This document shows, one piece after another, positions 52,057 to 61,700 of a stretch of 64,000 nucleotides of DNA. Location: positions 128,001-192,000 of the forward strand of contig CAVYYZ010000008.1 of the NCBI GenBank assembly GCA_963772835.1, in the 5' to 3' direction. Every line of letters starts with the position of its first letter. Position 1 is the first letter of the stretch. The position numbers were made by a program, and so were the translations under genes. The notes under the pieces are model-generated. The model did not search any database and was not told where the DNA came from. It saw only the letters and a program-made list of their open reading frames with translations. This DNA is from an uncultured delta proteobacterium. GTDB taxonomy: Bacteria; Desulfobacterota; Desulfuromonadia; Geobacterales; Pseudopelobacteraceae.

Positions 52057-53445
52057 TTACCGGCAATGTTCCCGGCACGCGGCGACAAATGCCGCCGCGA
52101 TGCCGCTGCTGCTGCCGAAATGAATATGGATGTAGGAAGCCAGACAGTTGCGGAAGCGATACCCTTCCACCCCCAGCTCAACCCCTTGCCGAGACACCCG
52201 GTAACAGCGCTCTATCCCGTCCGGCATCATGCCGATCTCTGAGTAGTGAAACTCATGCCCCCGGATCGTCGTACCTTTTGCACCAATTACGACATTTTCT
52301 GTCAGTTCAATCTGCCGGTAACCGAGTGCCTTTCGGCGTGGCAGCATCCGGCAGCGAACCGGAAAAACTCCGACAAAATCTGCTAGAGCCCGGCCATCAG
52401 ACGCTTCAATCCCTTCCGTGAGATACACAAATCCCCCGCACTCAGCGTATACCGGCATATCTGTCGCAACAGCCGCCCTGATGGCTTCCTTCATACTACC
52501 GTTGGTTTCAAGCTGCCCGGCATACAGTTCCGGGTAACCGCCCGGCAGATAGAGCCCATTGATATCGGCGGGGAGCAGGGCGTCGGCAAGCGGTGAAAAA
52601 AAAGCCAGTTCCGCTCCGGCCTCCTGCAACAGCCGCACATTGTCTTCGTACATGAAACAGAACGCGGCATCACGGGCTACGGCGATTCTGACTCGTGGGC
52701 CGGCCACCTCTTCCGGTGCTGCAGGCATTGTACGAACGGCAGGTTGAGTGGAGCCGAAGTCCAGTCCGGCCAGCCGGTCCAGATCAAGACAGCGCTCTGC
52801 CATATCCGCCAGTCGTCCGATAAACTCACGGGAGAGCGGGTTGTCCTCCGCAGTTACCAATCCGAGGTGGCGGGAGGGGATCACCAGAGACTCGTCGCGC
52901 GGTATACAGCCGAAACAGGCAATATCAGGGCAGTGAGCGGCAAGCGTCTCTTTGAGCAGCGTAGCGTGTGAATCGCTCCCGACGCAGTTAAAGATGACCC
53001 CGGCCAGCGTGATCTGCGGGTCAAACCGGGCAAAACCGCTCACCAGTGCCGCGGCGCTGGCCGCCATGCCGCGGGCATTGACAACCAGAACAACCTGCGC
53101 TCCGGTTATGGCCGCAATCCGGGCGCTGCTCCCTTGGCGAGAAGATGCGCCGATGCCGTCAAAAAGTCCCATTACCCCCTCAATAACGACGATTGTCAGA
53201 CCGGCCGCGTTACGCTGAACGGTCTGGCGGACAAACCCCTCCTGGCACATCCAGTCATCGAGGTTGTGTGAAGGATGTCCGGTCACCATCCGGTGATAGC
53301 CCGGATCTATAAAGTCCGGTCCGCACTTGAAGGGGGCAACCGCCATTCCGCGCCGCATCAGTGCCGCCATGATCGCCAGGGTGACCGTGGTTTTGCCACT
53401 GCCGCTTTGCGGTGCGGCTATCAGAAAGCCATTCAAGCTGTTCAC
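52057..53445 (-). CDS. cobB: Cobyrinate a,c-diamide synthase
   Basis: [49 protein letters not shown]. Confidence 0.93.
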   Translation of the reverse strand: MNSLNGFLIAAPQSGSGKTTVTLAIMAALMRRGMAVAPFKCGPDFIDPGYHRMVTGHPSHNLDDWMCQEGFVRQTVQRNAAGLTIVVIEGVMGLFDGIGASSRQGSSARIAAITGAQVVLVVNARGMAASAAALVSGFARFDPQITLAGVIFNCVGSDSHATLLKETLAAHCPDIACFGCIPRDESLVIPSRHLGLVTAEDNPLSREFIGRLADMAERCLDLDRLAGLDFGSTQPAVRTMPAAPEEVAGPRVRIAVARDAAFCFMYEDNVRLLQEAGAELAFFSPLADALLPADINGLYLPGGYPELYAGQLETNGSMKEAIRAAVATDMPVYAECGGFVYLTEGIEASDGRALADFVGVFPVRCRMLPRRKALGYRQIELTENVVIGAKGTTIRGHEFHYSEIGMMPDGIERCYRVSRQGVELGVEGYRFRNCLASYIHIHFGSSSGIAAAFVAACREHCR

Positions 53446-54278
53446 CTCAGCGACCTTCTCGAGCCGCCATACTGGAAAAATGCGATCAGGTGGAATTCCT
53501 CCTTGTCATACCCCTTCGGGAATCCGCCGACCGGTCCGATTGCCCGCAGGGTACGCAGCACCTCTTCGTCCAATATCCGCGCTCCGGAGCTCTCCAACTG
53601 CTGTATATGTATAATCTCGCCCTTCCGGTTGAAGGTGATCCGTACCGGTGTGATCCCTTCGATCCCTTTCATGGCAGCTTCCTGGGGATACCGCCAGACA
53701 CCGTAAATAGCCCCTTCGAATCGGCGCAGAAACGATCCGAACACGATGTCATCGCTGTTCAGAAAGCGGGTGTCCCCTTCGGCAATGTCGTTTTCAAACG
53801 TGCGGCGATAACTCTCTTCCAGTTTTGCCAGGCGGCTGGCCCCGGGGAACAGTTGTTGTGCGGTTGACGGTTGCTGCACGGTCCGTTTTTTTGGTTTCAG
53901 AAGGCTGGCGGCTGAAGATCCGGGGGTGACCGAAGGTTGTTCAGGCTCTGCCTGAACAGGCCGGGATGGTTTGGTCACCGGTGAGGGTGGTGCGGTCTGT
54001 TTTCTCAGCGCCTGGGCATCTCGTGCGGCATCACCGCGCGGAGCGCTCTCCCTGGGGACTCTGATCTGCTGTTCAGAACGTCGCCTGGTGTCCTGCTGGC
54101 GCGGATTAACCGGCTGTTTTAGTTCCGGCATCTGTTGCAGATCAATAAAAACCGGCTCCTTAGCAGGTTCGGATCGGGACGGAGGGTGAAAATAGAGTGC
54201 CGCAAGCACCCCCATATGAAGAACGAGAGAGATGCAAAGTACATAGAGAAACGATTTTTCTATATATCGATCATTCAT
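53442..54278 (-). CDS. TonB C-terminal domain protein (energy transducer-like)
   Basis: N-terminal TM with SLVLH, Pro-rich linker, [21 protein letters not shown]. Confidence 0.82.
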   Translation of the reverse strand: MNDRYIEKSFLYVLCISLVLHMGVLAALYFHPPSRSEPAKEPVFIDLQQMPELKQPVNPRQQDTRRRSEQQIRVPRESAPRGDAARDAQALRKQTAPPSPVTKPSRPVQAEPEQPSVTPGSSAASLLKPKKRTVQQPSTAQQLFPGASRLAKLEESYRRTFENDIAEGDTRFLNSDDIVFGSFLRRFEGAIYGVWRYPQEAAMKGIEGITPVRITFNRKGEIIHIQQLESSGARILDEEVLRTLRAIGPVGGFPKGYDKEEFHLIAFFQYGGSRRSLR

Positions 54279-54342
54279 GGAGTGAGGTCGTTTCAAACGT
54301 TATATTAGCTGTCAGAATCACGGTATGAGACGATTCTGCAGG

Positions 54343-55179
54343 TTAGGAAATTTGCAGCGTTTCCTGTGTATATTCACGTGGAGCATCTGTCTGCGGACCG
54401 GTCTCCGTTCGCAGGAAGGCGAGTATTTCTTTCAGGCTTTTCAGAATATTGAGTTCCCCTGCGGGAAATTCCTTCGGATCGAGTTCAAGTGTGACCGTGC
54501 TTTGATATTCAGTGTGCCGGAGATGGTTAAGGAATCGTGTCAGCGGCAGTATTCCGTGCCCCGGGAGCAGGTGCTCGCGGCCAAGGCCGTAGTCTGAAAA
54601 ATGAATATTTCGAATGCGCCCCGATTCATAACAGAGGAAAAAGTCGTTGATAAAGCTTGTTTTACCCGAGCCCATATGGGTGCAGTCAAACGTCATAAAG
54701 AGATTATGTTCATGGATAAATTCGATCATCTGCTGCGGTTTTGAGAGGATATTGGGGTTGATCTTATGCTCTCCGACCCATGGCATATTCTCGAGGGTTA
54801 TCATCACCTTTCCATCCAGACCGATTTCTTTCTGGAAGTCACGGATCTTGTAGAGCCAGCGCCAGAAAGCGATTTCCAATCCCATCCAGGAGGGGGGGTG
54901 AAAGTTTACCAGCGGAATTTCGCAGGCGGCAGCAAGTTCAACAGTCTTTCTAAGAGAATCCATGGGTGTTCCCCACCCGTCCAGCATCATGAACGGAGCA
55001 TGGATGGAATGGATCGTCTTTATTTCCTGAAGCGATTTTACCAGTTTGACTGTGTCAACTCTCTGAAAATTCTGGTTTATGATCAGTTCGACCCCGTCGA
55101 ATCCCGACTCCGCCGCCAGTTCGAATATCCTGTGCAGCGGCAGCGTAAACAGGCATCCGGTTGAAAGTGAGAGAATCAT
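54343..55179 (-). CDS. Sugar-phosphate isomerase/epimerase (xylose isomerase-like TIM barrel)
   Basis: GFDGVEL, SIHAPF, LENMP, FDCTH, IHFSD, HLLPGHG, TLE. Confidence 0.82.
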   Translation of the reverse strand: MILSLSTGCLFTLPLHRIFELAAESGFDGVELIINQNFQRVDTVKLVKSLQEIKTIHSIHAPFMMLDGWGTPMDSLRKTVELAAACEIPLVNFHPPSWMGLEIAFWRWLYKIRDFQKEIGLDGKVMITLENMPWVGEHKINPNILSKPQQMIEFIHEHNLFMTFDCTHMGSGKTSFINDFFLCYESGRIRNIHFSDYGLGREHLLPGHGILPLTRFLNHLRHTEYQSTVTLELDPKEFPAGELNILKSLKEILAFLRTETGPQTDAPREYTQETLQIS

Positions 55180-55216
55180 TGAGGGCTGCTCCTCAATTCT
55201 GTCAGCTGAAAGTTCA

Positions 55217-56746
55217 TCAGTTCTCCGGACTGTCGTGCACGTCCCGGCTGACAAAGAGCCGGATGGCTTCTGAAGGGGGAGCTGTCAGTAGTGAGGTGAT
55301 GATCATAACGGCCATCACCAGAGGGGCCCCGATAAATGCTGACGATGTAAGTGGAAACAGCTCTGCAAGAATCGGTACTCTGTCGCCGATAAAAAGAGGA
55401 GCAAAGCTTATTAACAGACCGACCACCATGCCGGAAATGACGCCGGGAGCATTGGCCCGGGGCCACCAGATCCCGAGTACGAACGAAGGAAATATAGTAT
55501 TACCGGCCACAGCAAAGGCAAAAGCGGCAATCTCTGCGATCATCCCCCACGGCTGGAAGGTCAGCACCATTACAATCGCCGCGAGGACAAGGAAAAACCC
55601 CTTCGCGGCATATACCTTGTCACGTTCTGAGGCTCCCGGACGGATCAGGCGGGGATAAATATCAAACGAAAAGGATGCTGAACCGGTCATCAGCAATCCG
55701 GCTGTTGATGAAAACGCGGCGCTCAAACCGCCGGCGGCGAGTAGTCCCACCGCCCAGAGCGGCAATCCCCCCATGCCGGCAGCAGAGAGGACGATCATAT
55801 CGGCTGCGTCGGCACTCCCTGCGTTGAGCGTCAGGCCGTTTCGTGCTTCAAACAGGCGGGCCAGAACACCATAGGCCGGTGCCGACCAGTAGATCAGCGC
55901 GATAAAGAACAGACCCCATACGACTCCCCAACGTGCATCCCGTATCCCGGGGACCATGTAGAAGCGTGAAAGCACATGCGGCAACCCTGCGGTGCCGAAC
56001 ATCAGGGTAAAGCAGAGGGCAAACCAACTGTACAGAGAGGTGTTGGCAAACGGCTCCGACCAGTTATAGCCGAACTGATGCTGCAGTTCTCCGATTGCCG
56101 CTCCGTAGCCGAACTGGGGAAGTATCCAGAAATAGCCCAGTTTACGGGTCAGGAGCATTAACGGCAGGATAAAAGAGATGATCAGTACGAAATAATTCAG
56201 CTTCTGATTGCGAACCACTCCCAGGGCACCGGAGACGACAATGAATGATACGAGCAGAGATGTCCCGACAATAACGGCAGGAATATAGTCGATTCCGAAC
56301 AGCCAGGATACCAGCAGCGCGATGCCGCGAAACTGGGCTACGCAGTAAATAATCGTGATGATGATGGAAATCAGCGCAGCCAGAGTTCGCGCTGTTTCCG
56401 ACTCATAGCGGAAACCGACAAAATCCGGCGTCGTGAATTTACCGAACCGCCTGATTTGTGTGGCCATCAGTACCAGCAGCAGCACATATCCACCGGTCCA
56501 GCCCACGACATACGCCATGGCAAAATAGCCCTTCAGGTAAAATATGCCGGCCAGTCCGAGGAAACTGGCGGCGCTCATCCAGTTACTGGCGATGCCGGCC
56601 CCGATCCCGACCCGTCCGGTGTAGCTGCCGCTGAATTGGTATTCCGATTTCGGTTTATCGGGGTTGTTCAGCCCGGAAAGGATAAAGAGGGCAAACATGC
56701 CAGCCACGATGGCCAAAGGCACCAGCTGTATCATACCGTATGCCAT
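55217..56746 (-). CDS. Sodium:solute symporter (ActP-like)
   Basis: WMSAASFLG, RFGKFTTPDF, GTAGLPHVLSRFY, GIWWPRAN. Confidence 0.9.
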   Translation of the reverse strand: MAYGMIQLVPLAIVAGMFALFILSGLNNPDKPKSEYQFSGSYTGRVGIGAGIASNWMSAASFLGLAGIFYLKGYFAMAYVVGWTGGYVLLLVLMATQIRRFGKFTTPDFVGFRYESETARTLAALISIIITIIYCVAQFRGIALLVSWLFGIDYIPAVIVGTSLLVSFIVVSGALGVVRNQKLNYFVLIISFILPLMLLTRKLGYFWILPQFGYGAAIGELQHQFGYNWSEPFANTSLYSWFALCFTLMFGTAGLPHVLSRFYMVPGIRDARWGVVWGLFFIALIYWSAPAYGVLARLFEARNGLTLNAGSADAADMIVLSAAGMGGLPLWAVGLLAAGGLSAAFSSTAGLLMTGSASFSFDIYPRLIRPGASERDKVYAAKGFFLVLAAIVMVLTFQPWGMIAEIAAFAFAVAGNTIFPSFVLGIWWPRANAPGVISGMVVGLLISFAPLFIGDRVPILAELFPLTSSAFIGAPLVMAVMIITSLLTAPPSEAIRLFVSRDVHDSPEN

Positions 56747-57094
56747 TTATTCGTCCTCCCCGTTGGTCGGCCGTATGCGGAACCGGAGCGAGCCTTCCGT
56801 CGAGTTCACCGTATGACGGTCCATCCAGAAGTTAAACACGCCGCAGAGAATGATGAACCAGAGCGGCAGCAGCTGGCCGCTCAGCCAGAATTGAATCGGC
56901 AGATTAAAAAAAGTCAGGTCTCTGAGCAATAATTCGGAGTAATCTGCTTCCAGAAAGTAGGCGAAAAGCTGAAATCCGACAATTGCGATCAGCCACCCTG
57001 ACAGGATAAGCGTGATGACGCGGACTTCGCCGCGCATGGTTGTGCCGCGCGGTTTAAAAAAACTGAGATCCTTGCTGGATGGTGCATTGGCCAT
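56747..57094 (-). CDS. DUF4212-like small membrane partner of symporter
   Basis: Two TM, FFNLPIQFWLSGQ; abuts the symporter. Confidence 0.78.
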   Translation of the reverse strand: MANAPSSKDLSFFKPRGTTMRGEVRVITLILSGWLIAIVGFQLFAYFLEADYSELLLRDLTFFNLPIQFWLSGQLLPLWFIILCGVFNFWMDRHTVNSTEGSLRFRIRPTNGEDE

Positions 57095-57244
57095 GATATC
57101 CCCCAACGTGTGAACCGGAACCGGACAAGCCGGCGCGAAAAAACAGAATCATTATAAAGAGATGAACAGAGTAAATAACTGAATTGTTTCCCGGTACATT
57201 ACGCAGCCCTTATTCGGCTGAATCCGGCCATCCGTGTTGATTAA

Positions 57245-57865
57245 TCACACGAAGGTTTTCCGGTAATGAACGTAATAAATCGGCTGCCCCATATCCAGAA
57301 AACGGCGCATATATTTTGAAACCGGATATCCCTCCAGCGCATGGCGGAATGTATCAGGAGCAAGCTGATTGGCGAATCCGGGCTGGACGTTCATTAACTC
57401 AGCAACATCCAGGCCGTAGTCAACAAAATCGGTCGCAAAGTACAGATCCGCCTCCGGCTGCATGAAGAGTGACAGATATGCGACAAACCCGGAGTTAACC
57501 AGGCGCCTTTTTCTGTGGCGCAGTTTGGGCCAGGGGTCCGGGCAGTTGATGACAACCATGTGCAGAGCTGACGCCGGTATACATGCGTCGATAAAACTAC
57601 GGGCTTCGGCCCTCAGTACCCGGACATTGGTCAGCCCGGACGTATCCACCCGCTTGCAGGTTTTGATGCACCCCTTGTTGTAGAAATCAAGGGCGATAAA
57701 ATTCAGGTCAGGGTGCAGAACAGCCATCTGTACGATAAAATCACCCACTCCGCAGCCGATTTCCAGCGCCAGGGGGTTGTCATTTCCAAATATCCCGCTC
57801 CATGACGGGGCGGGGTCGTTATCCTCCCATGGCAGGAAGGTGGGGGATGTGTTGGGGATCAGCAT
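57245..57865 (-). CDS. trmB: tRNA (guanine-N7)-methyltransferase
   Basis: [28 protein letters not shown]. Confidence 0.9.
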   Translation of the reverse strand: MLIPNTSPTFLPWEDNDPAPSWSGIFGNDNPLALEIGCGVGDFIVQMAVLHPDLNFIALDFYNKGCIKTCKRVDTSGLTNVRVLRAEARSFIDACIPASALHMVVINCPDPWPKLRHRKRRLVNSGFVAYLSLFMQPEADLYFATDFVDYGLDVAELMNVQPGFANQLAPDTFRHALEGYPVSKYMRRFLDMGQPIYYVHYRKTFV

Positions 57866-58122
57866 GAATCGTCCTTTGTAAGCCGGTAGGCATGATCTGC
57901 GTGTAGAGGCAGAAATCAGCTTCTTTTGTGCATGTAAAGTGAATAACAGTCTTGGAAAAATTGTGTGACTATAGCATGTCTTAGAGGCTGGAGGGAGTGA
58001 TTTTTGTTGTTAGATGAGCTGTTTTAAACGATAGAATTTACAAGACAGTAACGTGGGGGTGTTGTATAAGGAAGATCTGGATACGATTTTATTTGTGTGA
58101 AAACTATGCGTGAGGAGCCGGC

Positions 58123-58686
58123 ATGAAAGGGAATCGTGGTTTTACGTTGATTGAAGTCATTGTTGTCGCGGCGATTATAGCTATTCTGGCAGGTATTCTG
58201 GTGCCGATGATCTTCAACCAGATCGATGAGGCGAAAAAGACGCGGGCGCAGGGAGACTGCAAAACCATATCAACCGCAGTCATGATGTTTCGTAAGGATA
58301 CAGGGAAGTGGCCCTACTTTTTGCCTGGCGATTGCACTCTGTCATATCTTGCCATTCAGGGTTCCGGCAACGCACCCGTGAACGCTTCCGGGGACTGGCA
58401 GCTCGGTCTCAATGACATCGCGCTTAAGCTGATACTCAATCTTCCATCGATTAACCCTCCCGTTGCACAGACCTGTTACAATGATAAGGCGCAGAATTAT
58501 TTACCTCAGGATTCACCCGACCCATGGGGCAACGCCTACGTACTCAATGCCGTCAATTTTGGAACGAACGAACCTGTCTGGGTCATTTCGGCCGGACCGA
58601 ACGGAATTCTTGATACGAGTGTCAACAGTCAAACACTTAATGATGCCGGTGCAAATGGGGATGATATCGGTATCAGGATTAAGTAG
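58123..58686 (+). CDS. Prepilin-type / GspG-like pseudopilin
   Basis: RG-FTLIEV N-methylation site, FRKDTGKWP, DPWGNAY, SAGPNG, DDI. Confidence 0.85.
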   Translation: MKGNRGFTLIEVIVVAAIIAILAGILVPMIFNQIDEAKKTRAQGDCKTISTAVMMFRKDTGKWPYFLPGDCTLSYLAIQGSGNAPVNASGDWQLGLNDIALKLILNLPSINPPVAQTCYNDKAQNYLPQDSPDPWGNAYVLNAVNFGTNEPVWVISAGPNGILDTSVNSQTLNDAGANGDDIGIRIK

Positions 58687-58706
58687 CCCCTTCCTGCATC
58701 ACAATT

Positions 58707-58742
58707 AAAAACCCTCTCAGGGATTCCTGAGGGGGTTTTTTG
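58707..58742. terminator. Bidirectional terminator
   Basis: AAAAACCCTCTCAGG-loop-CCTGAGGGGGTTTTT between convergent genes. Confidence 0.85.
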
Positions 58743-58768
58743 TTTTGTTTTTATGAGTGTCGACCCGG

Positions 58769-61700
58769 TCAATCCACCTTGACTGTTAGAGTCACCGTTC
58801 CACTCGAACCGGCATCAAGTGTGCCGCCCAGAGTCCAGGTAACTGTTCCCGTGCCACCCACTGCCGGGGCGGTTATGGTGCATGAGGTAATGCCGGGCGG
58901 GAAAGGGCCGCATACTGCAGACTGAAAAGAGGTGTAAACCGGCACGGGATCGGTGATGACTACGTTCTGGAACCAGGTGGAGGCATTCGGGTTTCCGTAG
59001 CCGATGATGTAGTTGATAATAGTACCAGGTGTTGCAGTAAAAACACTTGGAGTTTTAGTTACTTGCAGCGCCAGCAATGTTACCGTAAGTGTAGCGGTGT
59101 TACTTGGAGAACCGACTGTAGCGCCGGTATCTGCCGTGGTAATGCCGCTGGTGGTATTTGTGTATGACCCGGCTGATGAAGCCGATACAGGGATGGTGAT
59201 GGTACAACCGCCGGATGGCAGGCTGGGTATAGTCAGATTGAGGCTGGTGGCGCCTGCTGCAATAGCCGGTGAGTTAGTTACTCCGACGCAGGTCCCGCCG
59301 ATAGTTGCGGGCGCTGCGACCTTGAAACCGGTCAAGGTATCTGTGAAATTGGAGGATGTCAGTGCATTGCCGTTGGAATTGCTGAGTGTGAACGTCATGG
59401 TTGAGGTTGTGTAAACATCAACAGTTGCCGGAGTGAAGGTCTTTACTATTGTCGGCATTACGTTAACTGTCAGCGTGATCGGGCCGGCCAGTGTGCCGGT
59501 CAGTGCTGCCGGACCGGTGCTGGTCGGGGCGGTTGTGCTGTTGTTGACTGTGGCAGTAGCGGTGACGCTCTGCGTGATGGTGCAGGTGCCGCCGGGAACA
59601 ATGGTGCCGGCGCTGAAGCCGACCGTGGTGCCGAGATTGACACCGCCGGTCAGGGTGGCGCTCCCCGCGCCGCTGCACACGACGCCGCCGCCGGCGTTGT
59701 TCTTAAGTGTTCCTCCGTAGGTGTCGCTGATGCTGACGCCGGTCAGGTTGCCTACGTTACCGCCAGGGTTCGTGACAGTGATGACCATGCTGGAGGTACC
59801 GCCAATGGAGATGCCGGCGGGAGTGAATGTTTTGGTGACTGTGGGCGGTGCGTAGATGTTGACCGTGGCGGTGTTTGATACTGCTCCGTTGCCGCTTTGG
59901 GTGGAGCTGACCACTCCGGTGGTATTGTTCTTGGCACCGGTGGTTGTGCCGGTGACCGGGACGGTGATGGTGCAGGTTGCCGGTGATGCGGCAACTGTAC
60001 CGGCGCTAAAGGTCAGCAGGTTGCCGCCGGTAATGACCAGGCTACCGCCGCAAGGATTGGTGGTACCGTTTGTGGCGGTGAGGCCGGCCGGCAAAGTGTC
60101 GGTAAAGGCGATGCCGCTTACGGGGTTGCTGTTGGCATTGCTGATCAGAAAGCTCATATTGACGCTCGAGCCCTGTGCCACATTGGCGGAGGCAAAAGAT
60201 TTGGTAATAGTAGGAGCGGAATATACGTTGAGCGTCTGGTTGGTGACACCGTTCAGCATACCGCTGATGGCGGTGATCTGAGCCGCACCGTTTACGTATC
60301 CGGCCAGCGCCACGTTGCTGGTGACATTGACGCTGATGGTACAGGTCGAGGCGCCTGCGGCCGCATTGACTCCGGTGCCGGCAACGGTGAAGGTTCCCGC
60401 TCCCGCTGTCACCGTGATGGTGGGCGTGCCGCCGCAGCCGTTGACTACGGCAGGTGTACCGGCAATCTTCAGGTTGGCCGGGAAGGTGTCGGTAAAGGTC
60501 AGGCCGCTGCGTACCAGTGCACCGGCCGGATTGGTGACGGTAAAGGTCAGTGTCGCCGTCTGGCCGACGCCTATGATTCCGGTACTGAAGGCCTTGGTCA
60601 GTGATGGAAGGGCCTGTACAATCAGGTTTGCACTGTTGGATGCCGGTCCGGTGGAGGCCTGACTGCTTGAGACTCCTGATGTCTGGTTGGTCTGGGTCCC
60701 GATGACGTTACTGGTAACGACGACCGAAATAGTACAGTTCCCGTTGATCGGTATCGTCAGACCGCTAAATGTCAGGTTCGTCTGGCCGTTTGCAAAGCTG
60801 TTGCCCCCGGCACCGGTACAACTGCCGCCGGCCGACTGGGCACCGCTGACAGCCATATTGGTCATGGTGTCGCTGAATCCTGATGATGTGAGGTTGATGC
60901 CATTGGTGTTGTTGAGTGTGAAGGTGATTGTAGAGGTTGATCCCTGGTTGATCGTGGCCGGACCGAACGCCTTGGCAATCGTGGGCGCTGCCGCTGTGAC
61001 CGTCAACTGGGCCGTGTTGCTGACTGTACCGACGGTGGTCTGGGTGGTCGTCACACCGCTGGTAGTGTTGTTGTATGTGCCGGGGACATCGGAAGATACG
61101 ACGACCGTTACGGTGCAGCCGCCCGGTGGAATCGACAGGGCGTTGAACGTTAAGAGGCCGGTTTGCCCCAGGGTGAAGCTGTTGCCGGCCACTCCGCCAC
61201 ACGTTCCGCCGGCCGTCTGGTTGGAGTTGATTGCCATGCCGGTCAGCGTGTCGGTGAAGGTGGCACCCGTCAGGGTGATGGAGTTGGCGTTGCTGAGCGC
61301 GAAGGTTATGGTAGAGGGAGCGTCCGAAGAGATGATATTTGGTGCAAAGGCCTTGCCGATACCGGCTTGCGACAGGTAGCTGACTGCGGCGCTGACAGTG
61401 CTGGCGTCAAGGTTTGACGAGGCGCCGCTGATACGTGCGGCATTATTGGTATAGCTTCCGGCAGCGGCAGCGATGGTGTTGACCGTGATGGTGCAGTTCG
61501 CAGCAGCGGCCGCGAGTGTTCCGCCGGCCAGGGTTATGCTGTTACTGCCGGCCGTGGCGGTAACAACCCCGCCGCAACCGTTGACAAGACCGTTGGGAGT
61601 AGAGACCAGCAGACCGGCCGGCAGCGTATCGGTAAAGGCCAGCCCGCTTTGAGCCGGGTTGCCAACGCCGTTGGTGACAGTCAATGTCAACTGACTGTTG

